Of a stretch of 64,000 nt of DNA, positions 1 to 9,381 are shown one piece after another (position 1 is the stretch's first letter; every line of letters begins with the position of its first letter). The DNA is from Candidatus Pacearchaeota archaeon. GTDB lineage: Archaea > Nanobdellota > Nanobdellia > Pacearchaeales > GW2011-AR1. The stretch covers positions 13,206 to 77,205 of the forward strand of contig JACPLR010000011.1 in NCBI GenBank assembly GCA_016186425.1. The letters run 5' to 3'. The notes beneath the pieces are model-generated. The model worked only from the letters and a program-made list of their open reading frames with translations, was not told the DNA's origin and did no database searches. The position numbers were made by a program, and so were the translations under genes.

Positions 1-8
1 ATGATCTG

Positions 9-335
9 ATGCCACAGCAAAGAAAAGATGCGATTATGAAATCAAGAGCAGTTTTAGGAGGGCAATTTTCAGAGCAATTAGCTCCATTCCTGCCTAATTT
101 CAAGTATCTGCCGACTGAAGCGAGGTTTATAGGAAAGCCGATAGATTTCCTAGTTTTTAAGGGAATGGATGAGAAAAAAATAGATGAAGTAGTATTTGTT
201 GAAGTTAAAAGCGGGAATGCAAAGACTTCTCCTGTTGAGAAAAGCCTTAAAGAAACAATTGAGAAGAAAAGAGTCAGGTGGGAAGAATACAGGATACCTG
301 AGGAATTAACTAAAAAGAAGGTGGAAGAGAAATAA
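9..335 (+). CDS. Small PD-(D/E)xK nuclease-fold protein (Hjc/DUF91-like); possibly 5'-truncated at window edge
   Basis: The ORF is open to position 3. The core FLVFKG...IDEVVFVEVKSG resembles the D...(E/D)xK arrangement of Holliday-junction-resolvase-like nucleases, followed by a K/E-rich tail. Weak recognition only. Confidence 0.3.
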   Translation: MPQQRKDAIMKSRAVLGGQFSEQLAPFLPNFKYLPTEARFIGKPIDFLVFKGMDEKKIDEVVFVEVKSGNAKTSPVEKSLKETIEKKRVRWEEYRIPEELTKKKVEEK

Positions 336-1059
336 TAAACTAAAAAACTAAAAGGAGGTAAAAATGACAACAGGATTGGAAAGCTTGGATTTGAATTATA
401 CTTAGAACAATACAATCAATTTCTTATCTAATCAGTTTACTAAATCAATAAATGAGACAATTAAAGTTTTATAATTATAATATATAGAATTATATGTAGA
501 AGTTAAATAATTCCCAAAGGAATTAGTTTTTATTTCAGGAGTTTTTTCTTTTACAAATACAGAAACAGTTATTCTTTCAGAGCTGGAAGCAGAGACCAAG
601 CTAGCTAGCATTAAAATTATGGCTATTAAACATATTATTTTCATAAAAAAAGAGCGAGATTAGGTTATTTAAATCTATTTATTTTCCGATATTGTCAACT
701 TATCGTGGTATAACCTATTTTTTAATAGACCAAAAACATTAATCCAAAATAATCATGGATTGCAGACCATATTAACTTTAAGAATAGTAACTATATATTT
801 ATTTAATTTTGAATTTAACAAACAGCTTAATTTCATATGTTTCAGTCTTTAAAGATAATTTATTATTATATCATATTAACTTGACAGTATCTTATTTTCC
901 TTAATACCCTGTGCTCTTGGCACTGGGATAAAATCATAACATGTAAAAATATACAATAATGAAGAGTAGTTTAGCTATAGATTAAATATTAATAAATGTA
1001 AAATAAGCGGACTGCCCCCCTAAAAGTAGACAAATAAATAATGAAATTAAATATTAGGT

Positions 1060-1662
1060 TTAGGCCACTTGTTTATTACGCTTCTTAATAAGAAAAAATA
1101 TTGATATAATTATGAATATAATAATTAAAACCGAGATAATTGCAATAACTATAGTTATATATGAAATATTTGATTTGTTTGCTTCAGCAGGCGGGATATT
1201 AGCTGTCTTTATTACAGATGATATTTCTGATTGTGACACTATTTCAACTGGGAAATCTACATTATATTCGACATTTAGCTTTACATTTCCTTCTCCTCCA
1301 GCTGGAGTGTACAATACTTTGAATCCTATAGTATAGTTATCCCCTATTTTTGCACTTTCTGGAATTGTTATTTTTATTATTATATTTTTATTATTCTCGC
1401 CAGGGCTTACTGTGTATTTATCTTCGCTTGTTATCGTTGCAATTTCGCTTCCTTTTGTGATAGAAACAGTTGCTTCGGTAGTTGGTTCATTTATACCATT
1501 TGCCAATGGAAATGCCACTTCTCTTGTTTCTCCAGAAGACATTTTTAATGGATTTTCTTGCCAGTATGGAGCGTTTACACCTAGAGCAAATGCTAAGTTT
1601 ATATTAATTATTACTAACACTGCTAATGTTATTATTGCGATTAATTTATTGCTATTACCCAT
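1060..1662 (-). CDS. Surface/membrane protein with N-terminal signal peptide and C-terminal TM anchor plus basic tail
   Basis: From internal Met (MGNSNKLIAIITLAVLVININLAFALG) of the 1060..1821 ORF: a hydrophobic signal is followed by an N-x-S/T-rich ectodomain and a C-terminal hydrophobic stretch plus KKRNK. This topology is typical of archaeal surface proteins. Start chosen to avoid overlap with the upstream gene. Confidence 0.45.
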   Translation of the reverse strand: MGNSNKLIAIITLAVLVIININLAFALGVNAPYWQENPLKMSSGETREVAFPLANGINEPTTEATVSITKGSEIATITSEDKYTVSPGENNKNIIIKITIPESAKIGDNYTIGFKVLYTPAGGEGNVKLNVEYNVDFPVEIVSQSEISSVIKTANIPPAEANKSNISYITIVIAIISVLIIIFIIISIFFLIKKRNKQVA

Positions 1663-2540
1663 GAACTGCCTCCTGTTGCAGAATATGCTTGAGAACTTAT
1701 TTCTGGAACTGATGTTAAACAATATGATAAGGTTTCTGTATTGGCTGCAGCTCCTCTTGGAAGTGTGGAGGTAGTTATTGCAGTTGATGAAGCATGCACT
1801 AGAGAATTTCCTAATCCACATACATCTGGTTGAGATAAGCCGGCTACTTTAAAATTCGCTGCTGGAATATTTTGCGATGCATCTGTTTCTCCAATTAAAT
1901 TATATGCAGTTGCTAAAATTGCCCCTGGAGGGGCTTCGAAATTTCCATTATTTGTAATTAATGTATTATCTGTTGAAAGAATATTAATATCTTCTGGAGC
2001 CACAGATGGGAAATTAATTATTGCCGGGCTAATTGAAATATCTCTTAAAAGGTTGACTGTCAGGGTTGATGAGCTTTGTGCAGTAGCTGCCTTTGTGTCA
2101 GCTACACTTACAGTTGCTGTCCATGCCCCGCTTTTATCATAATAATTCATTGAAACACTGCACTGATATGTTTTTTCCTTCCCTGCTGAAGATTGCATAG
2201 AACATGTTCCTGTTCGTGTTGGTTCTCCTGTATTTGTGAATTGCGCAGAAGCTGTTGCGTCAACAAGGTCATTTGCTCCGTTTGCATCTCTGGCTGTAAA
2301 TGTAACTAAGACAGATGTTGTTGACGGCGATGGATTTAAATTTACATTAGGTATTGCCTGCAGATTAGTAATTGTTGGCTGCGCATTTCCAACATTAATT
2401 TTTACTTGTGTTGGTTGAGATGGGGAAAGTCCAATATTTTGATTGTTTATTGCATACGAGAATGCATAGATTAAAATAACTGCAAGAATAATTATAGCCA
2501 AGATTAGAAACTTATTCAGCTTCTTTTTCCTCTTTTTCAT
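1641..2540 (-). CDS. Secreted/membrane-anchored T/S/N/A-rich protein
   Basis: A K-rich N-terminus is followed by a hydrophobic anchor (MKKRKKKLNKFLILAIIILAVILIYA). The remainder is rich in T/S/N/A, typical of extracellular glycoprotein regions. Adjacent to another surface-protein gene. Confidence 0.5.
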   Translation of the reverse strand: MKKRKKKLNKFLILAIIILAVILIYAFSYAINNQNIGLSPSQPTQVKINVGNAQPTITNLQAIPNVNLNPSPSTTSVLVTFTARDANGANDLVDATASAQFTNTGEPTRTGTCSMQSSAGKEKTYQCSVSMNYYDKSGAWTATVSVADTKAATAQSSSTLTVNLLRDISISPAIINFPSVAPEDINILSTDNTLITNNGNFEAPPGAILATAYNLIGETDASQNIPAANFKVAGLSQPDVCGLGNSLVHASSTAITTSTLPRGAAANTETLSYCLTSVPEISSQAYSATGGSSWVIAIN

Positions 2541-2637
2541 ACAAATACTAGCTTTTTATTGTTTAAAAAGATTTCTTTCATAAGTTTAGGCATAACGGAA
2601 AGGATAATTTTAAAAATATGCTTTTTCTGGAGTTATC

Positions 2638-3912
2638 ATGGAAAGAAGTTATATTGAAGAAGCTTTTAAGAAAAAAGGAAAAGTTTTGCTAAAAGGCTGG
2701 GTTCATGAAGTTAGAGACTTAAGCAAGATTAGGTTTATTATTCTTAGAGATATTACTGGCCAGATTCAGTTAGTTGGAGTGAAATCTGAAACAGGTGAAA
2801 AAGCTTTTGAGTTAATGAAAAGCTTGAACAGAGAAAGTGTTATTTCAGTTATAGGAGAGGTTAAGGATTCTAAACAGGCACCTGGTGGAAAAGAAGTTTT
2901 AATTGAGAAAATTGAGTTAATTGCCAAAGCAGAGCATCCTTTGCCAATTGATGTAAGTGATTTTTCGAAAACAGAACTGCCAAAAAGGCTAGATTACAGA
3001 TTTTTAGATTTGCACAGAAAGCAGACACAGGCTATTTTTAAGGTTCAGTCAACAATTCAACAAGCTTATATGGAATTTATGATTAATGAAGGAGCTGTAA
3101 TGGCTCAATTCCCTTCAATAATTGGAAGCAGCAGCGAGGGTGGAACTGATTTATTTAATGTTCAGTATTTTGAGAAAAAAGCGTGCTTGTCTCAAAGCTG
3201 TCAGTTGTATAAACAAATGCTGGCCTGTTCAATGGAAAAAGTTTTTGCAATATTCACAGTATGGAGAGCTGAAAAGCATAATACTGTAAGGCATTTGAAT
3301 GAATCAAGACAGTTTGATTATGAGCAGGCATTTGCAGATGATAAAGTTGTAATGGAAGTTTTAGGAAGATGTGTTCATTATATTGTTAAAAGAGTTATGG
3401 AATTAAATAAAAAAGAACTAGAGCTTTTAGAAGTTAAATTAAAAATTCCAACTACTAAGTATATTACTTTTGCACAGGTTTCCGAGATAATGAAAAAATA
3501 TAAGATTCATGTTGGAAAAGATGATCTTTCAGGAGAAGCTGAAGAAAAGCTTGGAGAGTTATATCCAGATACTATTGTTTTTGTTCATGACTGGCCTTTA
3601 AGCGGAAAGCCGTTTTATATAATGCCAAAAGGCAAGGATTTAAGTTACGGATTTGATGCAATTTACAAAGGAATGGAAATTTCATCAGGAGGGCAAAGAA
3701 TTCATCTTCCTGATTTATTAATTGAAAGACTTAAAGCCAAAGGACTTGATCCTAAACAATTTAAAGCTTATGTTGACAGTTTCAGATACGGAGCTCCAAT
3801 GCACGCTGGCTGGGGAGTTGGATTGGAAAGAATAACTATGTTAATTCTAGGATTGAAAAATATCAGAGAAGCTGTTTTATTCCCAAGAGACAGAGATAGA
3901 GTAAGCCCTTGA
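2638..3912 (+). CDS. aspS: Aspartyl-tRNA synthetase, archaeal/eukaryal type (class IIb)
   Basis: N-terminal OB anticodon-binding domain (LKGWVHEVRDLSKIRFIILRD). Class II motifs are present, including the flipping loop QSCQLYKQ (AspRS-like LYKQ rather than AsnRS) and motif 3 (GAPMHAGWGVGLERI). Length 424 aa. Confidence 0.85.
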   Translation: MERSYIEEAFKKKGKVLLKGWVHEVRDLSKIRFIILRDITGQIQLVGVKSETGEKAFELMKSLNRESVISVIGEVKDSKQAPGGKEVLIEKIELIAKAEHPLPIDVSDFSKTELPKRLDYRFLDLHRKQTQAIFKVQSTIQQAYMEFMINEGAVMAQFPSIIGSSSEGGTDLFNVQYFEKKACLSQSCQLYKQMLACSMEKVFAIFTVWRAEKHNTVRHLNESRQFDYEQAFADDKVVMEVLGRCVHYIVKRVMELNKKELELLEVKLKIPTTKYITFAQVSEIMKKYKIHVGKDDLSGEAEEKLGELYPDTIVFVHDWPLSGKPFYIMPKGKDLSYGFDAIYKGMEISSGGQRIHLPDLLIERLKAKGLDPKQFKAYVDSFRYGAPMHAGWGVGLERITMLILGLKNIREAVLFPRDRDRVSP

Positions 3913-3931
3913 TTTTAAGAAGAAAGAGTAA

Positions 3932-4561
3932 TTATAAAATTCTTACTTTATATGGTTGTGTTCTTAATTCTTTCCAGCTTTTAAACCACATTGGTTTCTG
4001 AGGGATTTCATCACCCATTTTTATAAAAATTTCTCCTCTTGAAACTTTTTCTACATCTATTCCACGAATAATCATTGCATTTACCCATTCATCATTTACA
4101 GGAGTTAAGTGGTTGAAAGTAACATCTGGACCATAAGTTGTTTTAAGAGTTTCAACAAATTCGCTGTATGAATCCCATTTTGGATGGGGCCATACTCCAT
4201 TTGATAAACCGTAAAGTTCTTGCTTTTGTTTGAATCTTTTTTCAGCTTCGCTAAAATTAATTCCCTCTTCAATTCTAAATTGGTATTTCTCTAAATTTTT
4301 ATCCTGCAATATTTCATCAACTCTTTCTGGAGAGTCTAAAATTCTTATAAGGCATGCTGGATGATCTGTTCCAGCTTCATTTTTCTGCCTCCATTGAACA
4401 GCTCCCTCAAGCTTCATATTTATTGGTCCGCTTAGCCAAGTTCCAATATGCATGTAAGTGGTTGTTGCTTTCCAGGCATCAGTTAACCCTTCTTTGTCCC
4501 GCCTATATAATTTTCTTATATCATCTTTTACATTCTTATGCAGGTCGTAAATTTCTAACAT
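3932..4561 (-). CDS. Hypothetical protein (209 aa), W/H-rich, no family recognised
   Basis: Long clean ORF, compact spacing with neighbours. No motif I can assign. Confidence 0.45.
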   Translation of the reverse strand: MLEIYDLHKNVKDDIRKLYRRDKEGLTDAWKATTTYMHIGTWLSGPINMKLEGAVQWRQKNEAGTDHPACLIRILDSPERVDEILQDKNLEKYQFRIEEGINFSEAEKRFKQKQELYGLSNGVWPHPKWDSYSEFVETLKTTYGPDVTFNHLTPVNDEWVNAMIIRGIDVEKVSRGEIFIKMGDEIPQKPMWFKSWKELRTQPYKVRIL

Positions 4562-4708
4562 TTTAGCATTATACTTTAATAGTGCTGAAAACTCTTTTAT
4601 AAGATTTTATATGCTGTTTTTTCATGATTTTAGTTATTACTAAAAATTAATGAAGCTTGATTAAAGAGGTTTTTAAAAAACAGAAAGACTTAAATACACA
4701 TACATAGT

Positions 4709-4987
4709 ATGAGTATATGTATGGGAAGTGTAAATATTGCTGTAAAAAAAGAAGCTTATGAATTTCTTAAGTCTTTGAAATCAGATAGCAAGAGCTTTTC
4801 CGATGTTATTTTGGAATTTAAAGAAACTAAGGGAAACAAGGAAAATATTATGAAATTTTTTGGGGTCTTAAAAAATAACAAAATATCATTAAGTGAAGTA
4901 GAGAGGAATATGAAAAGATTTAGAAAAGATTTTGAAAAAAGGGTGAGACACACTGCATTAATAATGGAGAAAAATAGATTAAAATGA
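4709..4987 (+). CDS. vapB: VapB-like antitoxin (ribbon-helix-helix/SpoVT-type)
   Basis: The N-terminus (NIAVKKEAYEFLKSLK...SFSDVILEF) matches the archaeal VapB antitoxin pattern (I-V-E-Y--L--LK....SFSDVI). Its stop overlaps the PIN gene start (ATGA). Confidence 0.5.
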   Translation: MSICMGSVNIAVKKEAYEFLKSLKSDSKSFSDVILEFKETKGNKENIMKFFGVLKNNKISLSEVERNMKRFRKDFEKRVRHTALIMEKNRLK

Positions 4988-5376
4988 TTGGATTAGATAC
5001 AACCGCAATTATAGATCTTTTTAATGGTGATAAAAACCTTATATCTGTTTTAGAAAATATTAATGAACCTTTATCAACTACTATAATAAATTACCAAGAA
5101 ATTTTTTTTGGATTAAACATCTTTAATAGAGAGCATTTGGTAGAATATGCAAAATATGATGAATTTTTTAATAATTTGCTTGTTTTTCCTATCACAAAAC
5201 AATCTGCAAAAAAGGCCTCTTTGATTTTGTGGTCATTAAAAAAATTAGGACAAGAAATCGATAGGTTTGATTGTATGATTGCAGGAATATTTTTAGAGCA
5301 AGGGGTTAGTTCTGTTATAACAAGAAACACAAAACATTTTTCAGTTATCAAAGGTTTAAAGGTTGTTTCCTATTGA
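4984..5376 (+). CDS. vapC: PIN-domain ribonuclease toxin VapC
   Basis: Starts MIGLDTTAIIDLF (PIN Asp near N-terminus). A conserved acidic residue lies in DCMIAG and a C-terminal ITRNTKHF motif is present. Translationally coupled to the upstream antitoxin. Confidence 0.65.
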   Translation: MIGLDTTAIIDLFNGDKNLISVLENINEPLSTTIINYQEIFFGLNIFNREHLVEYAKYDEFFNNLLVFPITKQSAKKASLILWSLKKLGQEIDRFDCMIAGIFLEQGVSSVITRNTKHFSVIKGLKVVSY

Positions 5377-5436
5377 TTTTGTATATTTTCAATTATTTTA
5401 GAGAGGTTTTTAAAAGAATATTTCTTAATATATTAC

Positions 5437-6222
5437 ATGAAAATTTTAGCAATTGGTGATCCTCATGGAAGCATTCCTAAAAATTTGCCTAAAGATATAG
5501 ATTTAATTCTTTTAACAGGAGATATAGGAAAAGCAGACTTAGCTAGAAAAATGGCTTTTGAAAATATTGAGAGAAAAAAACAAGGGTTGCCTGAAGTTGA
5601 ATATTCTGCTATTCAAAAAAAAAGGGCTTTTATGGAAGAATATAATTCCTGTCTTTTTGTTGTTAGGTATTTATCTAAAATAGCTCCTGTTTATACTATT
5701 TATGGAAATGTGGAAAAGAATAATTATGAAGTAAGAAGGATAATGAAGGAAATAGGTATTAAATTGCCTTTTTTTACAAATGCTTTAAATTCAATTAGGA
5801 ATACGAGAGTTATTAATAATAAAGTTATAAAATTTAATGGATTAAGGATTGGTGGATTGGAATATTTTATTGATACTAATTGGGTTAGAGATTTTAAACC
5901 ATCTGAATATCGTGAAAGCCTGAAAGATGCTAAAAAAATGACGGAAAAAGCAAAGAGTATACTGGACTGGTTTAAAGAAGTAGATATTTTGGTTTGTCAT
6001 CAGCCACCTTATGGTATTTTAGATAAAGTAACTTTTAAATCTGCTCCAAAACATTGGATGGGAAAACATGCAGGAAGTGAAGCAATTTTAAAATATATTA
6101 AAAAATATCAGCCAGATTATGTGTTTTGCGGTCATATTCATGAAGGTGAAGGAATGAAAAGAATTGGTAAAACACAAGTGTATAATTTGGGTGTTGGCGG
6201 ATATAAAGTTATTAATCTATAA
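5437..6222 (+). CDS. Calcineurin-like metallophosphoesterase
   Basis: Motifs GDPHG (GDxHG), TGDIGK (GDxxD/R-like), YGNVE (GNHE-like) and CGHIHEG (GHxH). Confidence 0.7.
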   Translation: MKILAIGDPHGSIPKNLPKDIDLILLTGDIGKADLARKMAFENIERKKQGLPEVEYSAIQKKRAFMEEYNSCLFVVRYLSKIAPVYTIYGNVEKNNYEVRRIMKEIGIKLPFFTNALNSIRNTRVINNKVIKFNGLRIGGLEYFIDTNWVRDFKPSEYRESLKDAKKMTEKAKSILDWFKEVDILVCHQPPYGILDKVTFKSAPKHWMGKHAGSEAILKYIKKYQPDYVFCGHIHEGEGMKRIGKTQVYNLGVGGYKVINL

Positions 6223-6252
6223 CTTTATTAATTAGAAATAAATTATTCCATA

Positions 6253-6876
6253 ATGAAAATTATTCTTGAAATTGAAAGATTAATAAAGTCAAATGAATAT
6301 GTTATAAAAGATTACAAATTAATAGCTCTTTTTGGGAGTGTCTTAAAAGATAATAAATATGATGATATAGACTTAGTAACTATCGGAAATAATAAAAATC
6401 ATAATGTTTTTCTTAAAATTATAAAAGATTATTTTGAAACTAAAGGATTTAAGGTTATTTTCTTTAAAACAATTAAGAAAAAACCAGATGTAAAAGATAA
6501 AAAAGAGATGTTTATTCATGATTTACATTATCCAAACATTAATTATTTATTAGAAAAGGAATGGAAAAGTCCGATAATTCAAATTAAGTTACAATCAAGA
6601 GTGCTTTATGGATCTAAAAAAGGTATACCTTTGATTAAACTTAAAGAAAGAGATTTATATTACCCGTATTATGTGTGGTGTAAGGAAGTTAATAATAAAA
6701 TTAATTTTGACAGATTTCAAGATAATTTAATTAAGATTGTTCCGTTTTATTATAAAGAGTATTCTTATATAAGATTAAGCAATTTGGGATATACTCTATT
6801 AAAAATATTAAGAGGTCATAGTAACTGGCATGAAAAGAGAGATAGGATTATGAAGGTTTTCTTACAAAATCTATAG
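6253..6876 (+). CDS. Pol-beta superfamily nucleotidyltransferase domain protein
   Basis: ALFGSVLKDNKYDDIDLV gives the hG[GS] motif plus DxD, the signature of minimal nucleotidyltransferases. A C-terminal extension of unknown function follows. Confidence 0.55.
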   Translation: MKIILEIERLIKSNEYVIKDYKLIALFGSVLKDNKYDDIDLVTIGNNKNHNVFLKIIKDYFETKGFKVIFFKTIKKKPDVKDKKEMFIHDLHYPNINYLLEKEWKSPIIQIKLQSRVLYGSKKGIPLIKLKERDLYYPYYVWCKEVNNKINFDRFQDNLIKIVPFYYKEYSYIRLSNLGYTLLKILRGHSNWHEKRDRIMKVFLQNL

Positions 6877-6919
6877 ATTTTTAAACTTCTTCTTTTTTGA
6901 TTTAATATAGGATAATAAA

Positions 6920-7188
6920 ATGGCAAGTGAGTTAATGTGGCGAAGGGTTTCTGAAGCTGAGAAAAAGCAGATTGAAGAGAAAGCAAAGAGAATCATGCTT
7001 GATTTTGGCAAGACACTTGAAAAACTTCCAAAAGTTAAAGAAGCTGTTGTGGAAAGAGATGTTTTTATGAAAATATGAATTCTGATAGTGATAATAATAC
7101 TGATTTTAGAAAAATCATGTTTGATAATGCTCCAAACAAAGAAGGAGACTGCATTGTTGCTGAAAAAGGAAAATGGGTGGAGAAATAG
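6920..7188 (+). pseudogene. gatC: gatC (Asp/Glu-tRNA amidotransferase subunit C) interrupted by a frameshift in an A-run
   Basis: 6920..7078 encodes MASELMWRRVSEAEKKQIEEKAKRIMLDFGKTLEKLPKVKEAVVERDVFMKI*. A second frame, 7075..7188, encodes MNSDSDNNTDFRKIMFDNAPNKEGDCIVAEKGKWVEK*, which carries the GatC C-terminal NAP-x-K-(D/E)G motif. Adding one A in the run aaaa at 7070-7073 fuses both into a ~90-aa GatC. Confidence 0.5.
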
Positions 7189-7469
7189 GGAAAATGGAAA
7201 GAAGATTAACACAAGATGAATTATTGATGAAGTTTCTTGAATTAAGAAAAGATATCCAGATGCATTTATTGGAAAGTTATCTTCATCCAAGTAATTTAGC
7301 TGGAGAATTATATGTTGATGAAATGGATTATTCACAGAGACATAAATATCTTGAAAATAGAGAAAAAGAGTTAATAATAATTTGCGGGAGAAAGGCTGGA
7401 AAAAAGTATGATATAATGATGTTTGATAAGGCTATTAATTATGTTAAATTAGCTTTGAATTTAAAATGA
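7173..7469 (+). CDS. Small hypothetical protein, paralog 1 (shared F-ELR-DIQ--LLESYL-P motif)
   Basis: 98 aa. Shares LELRKDIQMHLLESYLHP with the next ORF. Overlaps the next gene by ATGA. Confidence 0.45.
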   Translation: MGGEIGKMERRLTQDELLMKFLELRKDIQMHLLESYLHPSNLAGELYVDEMDYSQRHKYLENREKELIIICGRKAGKKYDIMMFDKAINYVKLALNLK

Positions 7470-7720
7470 GCAGAAAAGTTATTTATTTGGATGATTTAAG
7501 ATCAAGATTTCAAGAGTTAAGACAGGATATTCAGGCTTATTTGCTGGAAAGTTATCTAGATCCAAAAAGCCTTGAAAGTGAAGAAAGAAAAGAAAAAGAT
7601 TTTCGGGAAAGAATAAAATTTTTTCATGTCCATCAAAACAGATTAACTGATATTTGTAAAAACGATCAAAAATCTTATAGCCAATCTGTAAATTATATTG
7701 CAGAGGTTTTAGGAGTTTAA
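7466..7720 (+). CDS. Small hypothetical protein, paralog 2
   Basis: 84 aa. Carries FQELRQDIQAYLLESYLDP, which is paralogous to 7173..7469. Confidence 0.45.
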   Translation: MSRKVIYLDDLRSRFQELRQDIQAYLLESYLDPKSLESEERKEKDFRERIKFFHVHQNRLTDICKNDQKSYSQSVNYIAEVLGV

Positions 7721-7834
7721 AAATAAGTTTAAAGAAAACAAAACTATAAAAAATTAAAATGATAAAAACAAATAAAATTTTAGAAGATAAGTATGAAAAA
7801 TTAAGTAAAGATATGGTAGAGATTCAAGAACCTT

Positions 7835-9211
7835 TTGAAAAATAAAATGAGCGTTATAGAAAAAATAAAGCAGATAAAAGCAGGGAAGATGACAGCTGAG
7901 CAAAACATAAAAGGATTTCTAAATGCAATTGAAAAAGACAATGGGAATGGCAGAAAAATAAATGCAGTGTTAAGTTTGAATCCTAATGCAGTTTCTGATG
8001 CAAGAAAAATTGATGAGAGAATAAGAAAAGGGCAGAAAGTTGGGAAGCTTGCAGGAGCTGGAATAATTGTTAAGGCAAATATTTGTGTTAAAAACCTTGA
8101 ATGTAATTGTGCCAGTTTAACATTAAAAGACTGGAAATCTCCTTATGATGCTAGTGTTATTCAGAAAATAAAAAAAGAAGATGGAATAATTATTGGAATT
8201 GCTAATATGGATGAGTTTGCTTGCGGAGGTAGTGGAGAAACCAGCGCTTTTGGTGTGACAAAAAACCCCCGCAACTTAACCTTGATTCCTGGAGGAACTT
8301 CAAGTGGAAGTGCAGCAAGTGTTGCAGCTGGTTTTTGTGATTTAGCTTTAGGAAGTGATACAGGGGGAAGTATTAGAAATCCGGCTTCACATTGCGGAGT
8401 TGTTGGATTGAAACCCAGTTATGGTGCTGTTTCCCGTTATGGATTAATTGACATGGCAATGAGTTTTGATCAAATTGGTCCTTTGGCAAGAGATATTGAA
8501 TCAGCTGCTTTATTATTTGATGTAATAAAAGGTTATGATGAGCATGACCCTACAACTTATAATGACGAGGAACATAATAAAGAAATAACTTTAGAGAAAA
8601 TTGGAAAGAAGATTATAATTGGAGTTATAAAACCATTGGCAAACAAGCAAGTTCAGAGTATTATTGATGATAAAATAAGTTTAATGTGTGAGAAGTTAGG
8701 ATGGAATAAAAAACAGATTGAAATAAAGTATATCGATGTTGCAGTTCAGACTTATTATCCAATTGTTTATGTTGAGTTTTTTTCAGGAACTAGAAAATTT
8801 GATGGAAGAAGATTTGGAAAAAAAATTGAAGATGTTGCAGGGCCTGAAGTTCTAAGAAGAATTTTAGGAGGAAGTGAGATTTCAAAGGCAGAGTATGAAG
8901 GAAGGTATTATAAAAAAGCATTAGAAGTCAAGCAGATTATTAAAGAAGAATTTGAAAATGCTTTTAAGAAAGTTGATTGCTTGATTGTTCCTACATGTCC
9001 GGGTTTGCCTTGGAAGATTGGAGAGTCAATGAGGGTTGAAGAAATTTATGCTTATGATGCTTTGACAATTCCTGCTAATTTGGCAGAAATCTGTTCTGTA
9101 ACAATTCCTGCAGGAATTGTTAGTGGAGTTCCTGTGGGCATGCAGGTAATGTGTGCTAAGGCAAATGAGGGAAAGATGCTGAGCATTGCGAGGGAGATTG
9201 AAAAATTATAA
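7835..9211 (+). CDS. gatA: Glutamyl/aspartyl-tRNA amidotransferase subunit A (amidase signature family)
   Basis: Amidase signature region GGTSSGSAASVAAGFCDLALGSDTGGSIRNPASHCGVVGLKPSYG including the Ser-cisSer-Lys triad. Length 458 aa. Lies downstream of the gatC remnant. Confidence 0.85.
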   Translation: MKNKMSVIEKIKQIKAGKMTAEQNIKGFLNAIEKDNGNGRKINAVLSLNPNAVSDARKIDERIRKGQKVGKLAGAGIIVKANICVKNLECNCASLTLKDWKSPYDASVIQKIKKEDGIIIGIANMDEFACGGSGETSAFGVTKNPRNLTLIPGGTSSGSAASVAAGFCDLALGSDTGGSIRNPASHCGVVGLKPSYGAVSRYGLIDMAMSFDQIGPLARDIESAALLFDVIKGYDEHDPTTYNDEEHNKEITLEKIGKKIIIGVIKPLANKQVQSIIDDKISLMCEKLGWNKKQIEIKYIDVAVQTYYPIVYVEFFSGTRKFDGRRFGKKIEDVAGPEVLRRILGGSEISKAEYEGRYYKKALEVKQIIKEEFENAFKKVDCLIVPTCPGLPWKIGESMRVEEIYAYDALTIPANLAEICSVTIPAGIVSGVPVGMQVMCAKANEGKMLSIAREIEKL

Positions 9212-9381
9212 ACTTCTAAAATTTAGTGTCCGTAGTCCAACTAAATTTTTTATATTTAATCTGAAAATGTAAGAAACTTAATCTTAAATAATATCAGGTT
9301 ACTTTAGATAAATTAGGTAGGGATATGGTATATTTTCAAAACATAATTAACTTTTTAAACAACATTTATTTTTCTATTATT

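Noticed and set aside
1112-1774. Plus-strand ORFs 1112..1336 and 1412..1774
   Set aside because: They are antisense to the two minus-strand surface-protein genes, which have coherent signal, anchor and ectodomain organisation.
6871-7335. 154-aa minus-strand ORF overlapping the gatC remnant and paralog 1
   Set aside because: It is a low-complexity F/S/I-rich translation antisense to ORFs with recognisable content. Likely spurious.
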